Source: Lytechinus pictus
Taxonomy: Eukaryota
Assembly: GCF_037042905.1 (NCBI RefSeq)
Contig: NC_087255.1
Location: 6,448,001-6,512,000 of the forward strand
Direction of reading: 5' to 3'
Length of the DNA: 64,000 nt
In this document: one piece after another, positions 51,945 through 63,900 of the stretch
How positions within the stretch are numbered: the first letter of the stretch is position 1
How the letters are laid out: each line of letters starts with the position of its first letter
Position numbers and translations under genes: made by a program
Notes under the pieces: generated by a model
What the model was told of the DNA's origin: nothing
Seen by the model: the letters and a program-made list of their open reading frames with translations, nothing else
Databases searched by the model: none

Positions 51945-53761
51945 CTTAAGACAAGCATCCACTTCAGAACTGAACTCGAGTAGCTCCCTAACCTCTCGGC
52001 AGACACCAAAAAGCAAACCGATTACAGATGTCATGATGACGTGCTTTATTGTAAGGTGTTATAACGCAATCAGCGGGGGAGATGAGAGAATAGGTGAGGG
52101 GGGGGGGGAGGTAACCACCCTAAATAGAGCCCCTTGAACAAGAACGTCATCGGTCAAACACTTTACGTGCGTAGGTACCTAAAAAAAGAACCACATACAT
52201 ATCAAATCCAACATGCTACTTCTTTTCAAATTGGCAACGTCATCAGTTTTTTTTTTTGAATTTATTTCATTCCATTTCACGGGATTCTCAAGTTTATTTT
52301 GTTCATTGATGTTATTATGTTGACAGAAAGCAGCGATTATTAATCTGTCTTTGAACTTGGCTCAAGAAAAAAAGTGAAGAAAACGAACAAGATAATTTGC
52401 CATACTTCCTCTATACAACAACATTTTATTCGGCTGTAGAGTGAATTCACTTTAACGGTAACTTTACTTTCAAGGTGGTAGATAGTTAACCCCAAAAGAG
52501 AATGAGCTAAAAAAGTCTATTTTCAGATGAACAGCTGTATGGAAAAAAATGCTCAAAATCTACCATTACTCTATTAAATTGTAATCAATAAATTGGCAAA
52601 TCTTTAAAAATATTATTAATTGGACACGGTGTTTGACAGCACTCGAGAGTTATTTTGACATCACTTTTTAAGAATTTTCATTTTAATCACTGATAAATGG
52701 TTAAGTCTACCGCAGAAAAAAAAAGAATCAATATAGAAAAAGAAAAAATCATAAAGCTGAAAATTTCATCAAAATTAGACAAGAGTAGCTGAGTGAGGAA
52801 AACAGAGGAAGACGAACAGGGGGTCACTGAGGTTTATATCAATGGTACAAAACACAACCTCAGAGCTTTGAGGTTTATCTGAGCAACTTACAACATGATG
52901 GCGCTCTTTCATATGCATAGCAAAAGCAAGACAGATGTTCAGAAAGCTATCGACTGGAGTTATAAGGTGACAAGAGCAACCAAGATGGATAAGTATATTC
53001 TGTTCATCGCAAAAGTAAGTTAACAAATGTTAATGCTTAAAAATGATAATTGAATAATTATAATAAGGTAATATATTTGAAAGATATATAATAAGAAATA
53101 AAACTTCATATGGAATAATTTGAATAGCCTGGATTATTAAAGGTCAAATGTGAATACAAATGAATTAAGATAAGTGCAATGCATGGAAATGATAACATTA
53201 CTATTGCTACTGATGACTGTTAAATTATCCTCAATTATCAATAATTATGTATCGATATGACATATTTTAGCTAAAAGTTAATTACTAATAAAAAAGCAAC
53301 AAAAAGATTGAATTTCAAGCCATTCATGACATTGATAAACAAAGTCAGGTGCCTCGCAACAATCTTTAGTCTCATTACAATTGTGAATAAGTTAGCAATA
53401 CGATAGCAAACATGAGATATTGTCATTTTCCAATGGAAATATAAAAAATTAGTAACAACAAATGTGCTTCATCGTAGAAAATGAGACCGCCAAGCAGTAA
53501 CAAATACGCCTTTTTTCTATGACACTTTATGAAAAAAAAAAGATCCTATGAAGTTCTTAAAGGATAAATTAATCAACTAAAGGTTCCAAGTTGGTTCAGG
53601 ATCCAAGAATTTCAGACAAAGATTCCAAAAACAAGGGGAAAATTGAGTTTTAAGTTTGGAGTAACCCAGTCAAGCAAGAGATGCGCGTACTGCGCTAGAC
53701 ATCTCAGCAGTCAGAAAAAAAAGTCAAGAAATTCATGACGTCATATTTTTGGCAGTATAAT

Positions 53762-54068
53762 GTACTGTCACGCCAACGAAACCGACTCCAAACCGACAGA
53801 TGGTTTACTCTTCGAAAAAACGTAATAGCTTTGATCGGTCTGGAGTCGGATTCGTTGGTGTGACTGTAACCGAAACCGACTCCAAACCGACCAATGATCT
53901 ACCATCCGAAAAAACGTAATACCTTTGATCGGTCTGGAGCCGGTTTATTTGGTGTGAATAACTGTAACCGAAACCGACTACAAACCGATCGATTATATAC
54001 TATCCGAAATAACGTAATACTAATACCTTCGATCGGTCCGTATTCGCTTTCGCAGAAGTGACTGTACC
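53762..54068. repeat. Three tandem ~100-bp foldback units
   Basis: Each unit reads CGAAACCGACTCCAAACCGA...loop...TCGGTCTGGAGTCGGATTCG; array ends GTACTGTCAC / GTGACTGTAC. Confidence 0.75.
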
Positions 54069-54169
54069 ACAAGGGAATCTGTCTCCACCCAAATTATCTC
54101 AATTTTGTTTCAATCTTTATTTTGACAAGACTGCTTTGCCTTAATACAGAGGCCCCTGCATGCTATCTG

Positions 54170-54326
54170 GGGGGCGTTTCATGAAAGGACTTGTCGGACG
54201 TTTTATCCGACAAATCTCATTTTATCCGACAGTTACCATAGGAAAAGTTCCTCTCAGCCAATCAAAATCATGGAAAGATGTCAGATCTGACAACTTGTCG
54301 GATAAAAATATTGATGAAACGCTCCC
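54170..54326. mobile_element. Short Harbinger-like MITE
   Basis: CTG|GGGGGCGTTTCAT...ATGAAACGCTCCC|CTG; TGTCGGA/TCCGACA repeats; internal CAGCCAATCA. Confidence 0.78.
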
Positions 54327-55239
54327 CTGACCTATCGTCGGCCATGAACCGAGAAGGGACAAATGTACATTTTCATTACGTAAAATAATAAAACCACCCA
54401 AATCAAAATTACCCCAGACATGCCAGATGCGGCTACACTCAAATCCATCAGAAAGCGTATAGGAAATGGATATTAATTAATTTCGCGTTGTTCCAGACAG
54501 TTCACCCTTGGTTACTGCCCTTTATTATTGGTATGATATATTCCCCGCTCAAACATTCTTATTTCAATCTCAATTCAAAATGGACGGTCGAAAGCGGTCT
54601 ATAGCTACGGTCAATAAACTAAGTAATAAATGAAGATGTATATATATACTTCTGATTGATTAAAATTGAATTGTCCATCATGTAGTATACATGGGTTGCG
54701 GGACTGGTAGACGGTACATTGGATGGGGAAAGAGTATTGGTGAACTTTGAAAGGGGAACGAACGGACCACTATTGCGTAGTCTCTCAATGACCATGATTA
54801 AAAAAAATGGTCTAAAAATATACCTTTTGAGATAACGATTAATAAGCAGGGAAAATATTTCCATATTTGTGTAGAGAAACTGAAATAATTATATTTGATA
54901 GGAGAGTACTTGTTTTGCTGCTTGGTAACAAAATTATTGTGGTATGACATTGTATTGAGAAGCGAATTGGTGAGATACATGTATCGTTCAAGTGGATCTG
55001 CATTCAAGACTACACATCTCAGATTGTTGCATTATGGGTAAAGGACTCGGTCAGATGTGGGTAGTTGAGGAGTTGAAGTAGTGGTAATAAGACTCATGGT
55101 TCTAATCTGTTTTAAGACGGATGGAAGTAGGGTCTAATCATTTAAAAAAAATCTTGTCCTGAGAATGACCTGTTTTCAGATTGGAGTATGGATAAAAGTG
55201 CAGAATCTTTAAACATGTAAAACTGTCATATTTAAAGAT

Positions 55240-55535
55240 ATCTCGCCAAGTCGACTTCTACAAAGTTGCATAATGTCCACACGGCAAGATACGTTTAGTT
55301 ATCTAGCCAAATCGATTTGTTATCTTTACATGTCGACATGGCGAAAGGTTTTCTCTTGCAAAGTCGATCAATCATTGAATTATGTCGACATGACGATAAA
55401 CATATAAAACGGAAATGTAACTCGCCATGGTGATATACCGGTATAACCGTTTTTATAGGTCGACATCATGATGGCATGATAAAATGAGGTTATCAAGTCA
55501 ACATGGCAAGACAAGATACCACGTCATCTCGTCAA
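55240..55535. repeat. Degenerate GTCGACATGGCGA-like repeat array (likely MITE remnant)
   Basis: Variants of GTCGAC(AT) and CGCCA(A/T)G recur about 8-10 times. Confidence 0.5.
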
Positions 55536-55969
55536 GTACATAGCACTTTAAAGCTTCCGTTTAAAAGAGCAAAAAGGCGTCAAGGTTCAAGTGCCCCTCC
55601 CGTGGACAGTGAGGTCGTGGGTTCGCTATCCCCTGTCGAGTTATACATACCGAATCAAAATAAATGGGGCCTTTTTACTCTTGCCAGGCGCCTTGCGTAT
55701 TAGAGTGGTTAAAAATATCGTGTTATTAAGGGACCGCTGATAGATAAACCTACGGATGATGTTGGCTACCCTGGGTGAATTATTTTCATAATAATTTTAG
55801 GCCTAATTGATGTTCTTGTTATTATTATTATTGTTGTTGTTCTTATTGTTATATTATCATGATCACTTTTATCATTAAGCACCATTACCCTAATCGAGAG
55901 AAAGAGAACAGAGAAATTGTGTACATACAGATGCAAGTTCGGGTGATTACAGACAAGGAGAATTAAGGG

Positions 55970-56009
<40 letters not shown>

Positions 56010-56805
56010 GATGGGACAGAGTGTAAAATAAGGAGAGAGAGATAAAACCGGACATTGTTATACAACAATCTGTTTTCCTAAATGAGTAAAACTAGGACAT
56101 TATATTGCAAAAAATTACTTTTCACAAACAGGAAAACATCGCAATCCTTACTCAAGGGGAAAGTTAATAACACTCTATTTTGACCTTTTATCTTGGCAAA
56201 ATATTGTTTATAATCCCCTTGTAAAATGCAATAGGAATCAGTATCGAATGTAATATAATAAACCATAAACATCTCCTAATGGAGGATTTGAAGACAAATG
56301 TCTTAAATGGTGGAAAAGGATATAGAATTTTTATATTTTATTCACAATCCAAGAACAAATAGGGATTGGATGAGCAACTAGAGAAAATATCTTAAAGCCA
56401 TTGTTGTCATTTCTTTGATTAAAAAAAGATAACCTGCAAGGTCTCTTTAGTCACATGTATCTGCGATATGATGTAAAAATGAGACCTTGAGAAAAAAACA
56501 GTACCCAGAGTAATCATTTAGTGATTAAAACCAAGGATAAAAAGGGAAAAGGTGACCGAAAATACTTTTCACATAATCTATATGTGTCAGCATCGACTGC
56601 CCAGAAAATAATGTTTTTTAGACACAGGTATCTTGAAAGTGNNNNNNNNNNNNNNNNNNNNNNNNNNNNNNNNNNNNNNNNNNNNNNNNNNNNNNNNNNN
56701 NNNNNNNNNNNNNNNNNNNNNNNNNNNNNNNNNNNNNNNNNNNNNNNNNNNNNNNNNNNNNNNNNNNNNTTTTTGGGGGGTTGAACAATATAAACCCCTC
56801 AAAAA

Positions 56806-57195
56806 AGTTTGGAAATCTGAGTTTTGCCATTAATTTCTCCATACTCCCAATTCTACACAATGAATATTTGACATCATTCAAAAGATAATTTAATTCTCTT
56901 TAAAATGATACTTTGCTTGTTATGATCATGCCATCATGAAAAGACCAGGCTTCAAAAGTGTTGGATGAAGTCTGAATTGAAAAGCTGCAAACGAGCAAAA
57001 ACAGTTTGGAAATCTGAATTTGGCCATTAATTTCTCCATACTCCCAATTCTACACAATGAATATTTGACATCATTCAAAAGATAATTTAATTTTCTTTAA
57101 AATGATACTATGCTTGCTATGATCATACCATTACGAAAAGACCAGCCTTCAAAAGTGTTGGATGAGGTCTGAATTGAAAAGCTGCAAAACGGGCA
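56806..57195. repeat. Tandem duplication, ~197-bp unit x2 (next to a gap)
   Basis: AGTTTGGAAATCTGA...GAAAAGCTGCAAA occurs twice. A further dispersed duplicate pair lies at about 57450-57535 and 57672-57780. Confidence 0.8.
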
Positions 57196-57957
57196 GAAAT
57201 AGTGATGTAGGGTCAATACAAAACATGATTCCTTTGTCTGTGTCAATAGAGATGAAAATCCATTCAAATCAAGCCCCTGCTTCTTCATTTTTATGTTTTG
57301 TTGTGGTTTATGCTGTGATGGTTCTGTGAGATAACATGGTTTGAGTCGTGGTTTGAAAAACGCATGCATGTTTGTTTGTTTGTTGTGTGTTTGCTTGTGC
57401 AGAGGTGTGTTTGATTCCATGTTAATGTTGATGTTAAGGTGCATGAAAACAGTTAAAAGAAACCGCTGAGAAACTCACTCAGCGACTCAATATTGTGTCA
57501 TTTTGCAACTTTTGAATTTTGACTTTGCCCCACATTTCAAGGCACTGCACCTCAATGTGAACCATAATCATATCATGTAGGGTATCATTTTAAAGACAGT
57601 TAAATGATCTATTCATTGATATTAATTACTTATTGATATTTGCTAAAACAGAGAAGGGATTATCGATCAAAGTCAAAAGAAACCGCTGAGAAACTCACTC
57701 ATCACCACGGAAAAAAGAACAGTGACTTTCAATATTGTGTCATTTTGCAACTTTTGAATTTTGACCTTGCCCCACATTCTATGGCAAGACAAAAAATGAT
57801 TCCCTTTTTTCCTTGGTTCTACGGTAAAATCAGAATCAATTCCAAACGCCCGAATGACAGTCACTAAATAAGCAAGAAATAAAAAATAAGATCGTAATGG
57901 GTAAATAGACACACCACAAAACACAAGTAAACAACAAATCATCACTTCAAACGAATC

Positions 57958-58022
57958 TCCCGCCCTCAACCTGTCAACACGCTGTTACCATGGCAACATC
58001 AGAGTGTCGGGTAGATGATTGG
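57958..58022. promoter_or_regulatory. GC box, RFX X-box and inverted CCAAT cluster
   Basis: CCCGCCC (~57959), GTTACCATGGCAAC (57984-97) and GATTGG (~58017) in unique sequence. Confidence 0.45.
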
Positions 58023-58329
58023 CGAGTTTAAGAGGGAATCGGCGCTCGAGGACCGACGAAAAAGAGAGGGGAAAAGAGGGCAAAATCACAATTAAACCCT
58101 CTGAGAAAATATCAAGTGATTCTAACGTCCTCTGGCAATTGAGGAGGAGGCTTTCAAAAGTAGATTAAAGGGGGAAATTGAATTGGGAATTAGGATTGTA
58201 ATTATGACAGGATCGAGCGCACGAGGAGACAGAGCGCTAGAATTCTCGTTAACACTATGTAATCCACGCTTTTTCAAATAAAATTCATTCAAACGCGAAG
58301 ATATGAATGCGAACTTTGTGTGTGGTTTG

Positions 58330-58552
58330 AGACATTAACCAACCTAGGTTGGTTAAGCTTAGATTTAAACAACTGTTGATAAATTTCTTAAAAAATAAAT
58401 AAATAAATAATTTATTAATTTTTTATTAATAGTTGGTTAATACTTTAACCAACCGGGGTTGGTTAAACTTTTACCCAAGAGTAGGTCGGTGCACAAGGAA
58501 ACCAACTGTTGGTTTAAAGTTTTACCAGTTGGTTACATTTTTTCTTGGAGTG
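58330..58552. mobile_element. Decayed foldback MITE with AACCAAC/GTTGGTT repeats
   Basis: TTAACCAACCTAGGTTGGTTAA and TTAACCAACCGGGGTTGGTTAA palindromes; right end ...TTTTTCTTGGAGTG|TA. Confidence 0.5.
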
Positions 58553-60039
58553 TACGAAAAGTGGGCTTCAATTCGTTTACAGGCTCGGATAACGTACTGA
58601 CAATTTCGTAACATGAAGTTTGTTAGATGAATTCACCGGTGATGTTAGAATATATTGATGTTTTATGCTGGTATGATATGCGATATTGATGGCTGCCTTT
58701 GGAGATTAATGTTCGATTAAGTAAATCTAGATCCTCAAGAAAAAAAAAAGGGTTCTCCTATTTTCAAGACGATCTAATTTTCGATATAGGTTAAGATGAT
58801 TATTAATATTATATCAATCAGTACAGGCTGGAAATTTGTGATACTTTTTTGCGGTGAATGTTGGCTGCTCTTTATCATTAACCCGTTGCCAACTGGAACT
58901 GGGCTATACATGCACAAAGTCTATGGGAATGACAGAAATTAGTATTCATCGGCTTAAGTGTTTACCAATTTTGACGGGGCGCACCACAGCATGACATATG
59001 GGGTAAGATTTCTGTTTAAAAAAGAGTAGCAAGCGAGTAAAGCTAGTGAGCAAAATATTTTACCCTTTTCTGATGAAATTATATAATTTTGGGATGGATT
59101 TTGAAATGATATTCGCAAAATTATATCATATTTCATATTGTTCCTCCCCTTTTTTTATTTCTCTTTCTTGTTTCGTTCTTGGTCGTGGAAATTATGAGGT
59201 CTGGTGCACTCAAGCCAGCGGTGCATACTACACTTTGAGTCAAGTTGACAGGTGAATGGCGCATTTTTAGTAAATGCCCGGCATTCCACACAATGCAAAG
59301 ATGACAGATGAATTTTTAACAGATATAGGAGATTTCCCAAGCCTCTCTCCAGAATGGCGATATTATTGACAGAACAAAGCCAGACGATCTCCGTGAGGAG
59401 TACCTCGGATGAGTTTCCGACACCGCGCTTATACGGTTTCGAGCACGGCTGGGATTACCATATGATCACGTGACGAGAATATCGACGCGGGATCCGGGAG
59501 TGAAAGAAAAAAAAGCGCGGGCATGAACACCGCAGGCGCTATGTTGGAATGTGGTTACGCATTTCGAATGATCTTCCTCCGATCGAGGAAGCTCGGCGCA
59601 CAGTTGTGGCGACGGCCGACGGGTTATGAATGAAAGAGAAAACGTCAGGTTAGAACTTAAGCAAGGGCGAGTGCATTATAAGAGGTTCAAAGGTGGAAAT
59701 ATAGTGAGAGGGATAGAAGGGGGGGGGGGATGGGAGAGAGAGAGAGAGAGGGGGGAGGGGGTGATGGTGTCAGATGACGTGGTAGAAGCGTTAAGCAAAT
59801 AAGGCGGAATGTCGATTTTTTTTTTCATTGTGTAAAGAAAAAATGAAAAATAAAGGGAGAAATGCACGAATTTCATAGAAAAAAGAGGGAGGGTGACAGA
59901 AAGAGAGAATAGAGGGGGGGGGGGGGTGAATGAAGAGAAATAAGAAATTTAGTGACAGATGCGAAAGGGGAACGAGCAGTTAGGACGGCAAAAAAGGAGA
60001 GAAAGGATGGGACGAGGGGAAAAAATGAAGAAATCGGAA

Positions 60040-60104
60040 ACAAGAAAGAAGAAGAAGGAATTAAAAAAGAAATACAAAAAGAAGAGGAAGAGGAGGAGGA
60101 GGAG

Positions 60105-60142
<38 letters not shown>

Positions 60143-60170
60143 AGAGAGAGAGAGAGAGAGGGGGAGAGAG
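60040..60170. repeat. (GAA/GAG)n and (AG)n tract
   Basis: Seen directly. Confidence 0.9.
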
Positions 60171-60519
60171 CAGCAGACGGGATGAAAAATCAGTCCCGAG
60201 GGTAACCTAAATCATAAGGTGTGGTTTAGGGGGGCCACCTGAAATCGATGATCATCTCTCGTGCCTCCTCATCAGTTTTCACGATGCATGAGAGCTGTTT
60301 TTTTTCTTATGCGGTTCGTTCGAATCCTGCTCTATCTGGGAATCTGGGATCTATACAGAATATTTTTTCGCACTCCGCAATCACCCCCCTGCCTGCTCAT
60401 GACTTGAATATCTTATTAAGTCTAAATTATGAATGTATGTTTAAGATTGAGGACTCGCGATGTAACGAACTACAGTCAGAGCCATCTATCTGTATGGCTC
60501 TGACTAGAATGAACGAATT

Positions 60520-60770
60520 GGGCGCGCCGTGGTCTAGTGGTTCTGACTCTCGCCTTTCAAACAGAGGGTCGTGGGTTCGAATCCTAGCCATGGCTTTTTT
60601 TCCTTCAGCAAGAAAGTTTTCCTCACTGTGCTGCACTCGACACAGGTGAGGTGAATGGGTACCCGGCAGGATTGTTTCCTTGAATGCACTGAGCGCCGGG
60701 GTAATAATAGCAGCGCTTTGCATCCTCAGGCAAAAAGCACTTTATAAATCCAGCTATTATTATTATTATT
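60520..60770 (+). mobile_element. tRNA-derived SINE family B with L2-like 3' tail
   Basis: A box TGGTCTAGTGG and B box GGTTCGAATCC. Central CACTCGACACAGGTGAGGTGAATGGGTACC block. Tail AGCGCTTTG...AAGCACTTTATAAATC followed by (TAT)n. Confidence 0.82.
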
Positions 60771-61045
60771 AAAGAAAACAAGAGAATCTGATGTGTTCTC
60801 TATTTATGGCGTGAACTCACCAATGTAAATGTGATCTGCCTTGCAGTTTCCACAGATCAGGCCGCTATATTAATAATGATCGCTCTTTCATAAACACCAC
60901 TTATCAAAATGATTTCTACTCTTAAGGACCGCTATTCATAATAATGAGCTCTACACAATAATGGTCCGCTGGTCATGGTAAGAATGCTCATTATCCTAAG
61001 GGTCGTTATTCATAATACCAGAAGAGGATTACAGGCCATGACAAT

Positions 61046-61251
61046 CAGGGGCGGATCCAGGATTTTTCGAAAGGGGGGGGGGCACATTTTCCCGAGGAAA
61101 AATTTGACGACAAAAAAGAAGGTTTTAACAAAAATATTAAGGGTATTTCGTCCATGAAAAAAATTGACAAGCAAAAAAAAGGTCTTCTCTTTCCAAAGGA
61201 GGGAGGGGGGGGGGGGCACGGGCCGGCTGTGCCCCCCCGGATCCGCCAGTG
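61046..61251. mobile_element. hAT-like MITE
   Basis: ATGACAAT|CAGGGGCGGATCC...GGATCCGCCAGTG|ATGACAAG; 8-bp TSD with 7/8 match. Confidence 0.8.
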
Positions 61252-62191
61252 ATGACAAGGAAGAAGGATCGTTAATATTAAGGGTCTCTCATAATCTTGG
61301 AAAGGTGTCATTATTCATTATGCAAAAAATTAGGTAATCATAAATGAATAAAGCGGATCGCCAGTCATATTCGACAAAAAATTCCTCGTTATAAAAAATA
61401 GAAATATACAACAAAACAATAATTATACAAGCGATCTTCTTCCCATATTTTCGCCAGCGAACCTTCTTTTTTGGATTATGACTAGCAATCCTTTTCTCAA
61501 ATTATAATTATTATCATAAATCCACTGATAGTAAAATCATTCAATGCGCTATCTACTGCTGATGTGAACTCCTTGTTGGTTTCACAAATTATATTTACGA
61601 CTACGACTATAGATATACTACTAATTCTACTACTATAACCACTTTCGTACACCATCATTAACACTTTTATACTACTGAAACTGCCTTTTCTGCTTTTATG
61701 ACTTATTTTTCTTGAAAAAAAAAACAGCTACGAATAATAAATACTCTACTCCTACAAAACATGTTTCTCCTCCNNNNNNNNNNNNNNNNNNNNNNNNNNN
61801 NNNNNNNNNNNNNNNNNNNNNNNNNNNNNNNNNNNNNNNNNNNNNNNNNNNNNNNNNNNNNNNNNNNNNNNNNNNNNNNNNNNNNNNNNNNNNNNNNNNN
61901 NNNNNNNNNNNNNNNNNNNNNNNNNNNNNNNNNNNNNNNTTGTCTCCTACTATTATTGTTGCTATTACACTGCATTTTCATCTTCCACAACAACTACTGG
62001 TATATTACTGTCCAAACTATCCCATCGATGAAACTGACCAATGTGCTATCTACTGCAGATATGAACTTACTTTGTTTTTCAATATTTTTTTACAGCATTC
62101 TGCACTTGGCTTTTTTCAGGTTAATGATGAGCTGTCTGACGGAGACAATGACGCTCATAATCATTATCAATATAAATTCCATCAATTCTCA

Positions 62192-62378
62192 TTTTTTAAA
62201 ACAAGTGCACACCTAGTTACCAAGAATGCGTATAGCATTTTCATTTATTTAAATGCAGGATAAAAGAGCATTGTCGATTGAATACCTTGCTCACGGGCAT
62301 AGGTGCTGCGGTCGGGGATCGAACCGGGGACTTTCCATGTATAGTCAGGCGCCTTCGACCATTCGGCCACGGCACCTC
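62192..62378 (-). mobile_element. tRNA-derived SINE family A, copy 3
   Basis: Reverse-complement match to 42545-42734; B box GGTTCGATCCC. Confidence 0.85.
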
Positions 62379-62859
62379 ATTGTACAATAAAAATGTTTTG
62401 CCTTTACTTTTTGATTTACACTCTACGTGTCAGGGTTCGCCATATAATAGCCTACTGGGATCCAACCATACACTACACCAAAGACACAAGCCTTCGCAGG
62501 TCTTAGCGTGGCTCAGATAAAGCCGATTGTTTCTGCAATGTCAAATTGATGGGATAACCGCCCTGGAGTGCGGCCCATAAAGCTCCTCGATTAACATCAT
62601 TATGAAGACGTGTGAAACTCAAATTCACGCATCCCTCAGTAGAGAGTAATTAGGCTCATGAAAATAATCAGGAATTGTTGAACCAGCTGCAAACTCTTCT
62701 CTCTCTCATTCTCCTTCTCGCCCTTATCTCAGACTCGTTTCTTTCACATATTATCTCTCCGTGATTTACCTCCAAGTATCATTTTCTGTGTCTCTGTTTT
62801 ACTTCTTTCAATGAGGCCCTTCTCTGCACCTCATTTTCTATCTGTCCATCACCTTCTCT

Positions 62860-63147
62860 AGCCCGTATTCTGAAGTCGGGTTTAACTTAAACTCAGGTTT
62901 AAAGTTGTGGTTTAAGTATGGACAGCCAATTGTTACATAAATCACTAACAGTAGAGATATCGTATTTCAGCTCATTTGGCTCTCAAATCATTCATAATTG
63001 TCAATGAAGTATAAATAGATGATTGTCTTCACCATCGATGAATCAGGATAGAGCACAGTAAACATAAGAAACATACAACTTAATAACATTTTGACACATT
63101 TGGCTTCCCATAATTTTAGCACAGAGTTAGACTTCAGAATACGGGCC
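62860..63147. mobile_element. MITE with GCCCGTATTCTGAAGTC TIRs
   Basis: Perfect 17-bp inverted termini; TCT on both flanks (3-bp TSD candidate). Confidence 0.78.
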
Positions 63148-63519
63148 TCTATATGTTTGATATATTTTCTCTCTCTCTGTTCTTATTGGCCTACAATCCC
63201 AATATAAAAACATATAATAATCCACAAAGATTGAAAAAAGAAAGAATGTAAACCGGAGATTGCAATTTTCACCCAAAATGTCAAATGATTAAAAAAAAGT
63301 AATAATGTATGTCTAATCTTTTGGGACTTGGGAATGACCTAAAAAAAGCGAGATTGTTTAAATGTAAATCTGTTAAATTATTTTACACGGACACAACTAC
63401 TTATATCAGATGCCCCGCGCACCTGTAAGGAGTGACCTGACCTTACTATCGCCCTGGGGAAGAGGTATTCAAGGGTCATACAAATGAATCTAGTTACTAC
63501 TCGAGTGAGTTGAACTTAA

Positions 63520-63900
63520 TAGCTAAAAACGAAGAGAAAAAAAATGGGAAGATGCGGAAGGGGAGGGAGAACATAGATGATGAAGAAGGAGAGGAATAAG
63601 AAAAAATAGGAAAAACAAGGATAAGAAGAACAAAAAAAAACACAAGAGAACAAAGAGAAACAAAAAGAAGAAAATGAAGAAGGGGAAGTAATAGTAGTAT
63701 AGAAGATGAAGAAGAAGAAGAATAATAAGAAGAAAAACAAGAAAAAAACAAGAATAAGAAGAAGAAAAGGAAGAAAGAGAAATAAAGAGAAAAAAAAACA
63801 GGAAAAGAATTAAAGGAATTAATATGATGATAAGATAGTAAGAGCAAAGAAGAAAGAGAAAACAAAACCCCAAATAAGAAAGAAAATAAGAATGAGAGGA
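63520..63900. repeat. A/G-rich low-complexity tract
   Basis: Seen directly. Confidence 0.9.

Noticed and set aside
52778-53020. Coding-like block ending in GTAAGT
   Set aside because: Stops in all three plus frames and no recognisable homology; at most a decayed fragment.
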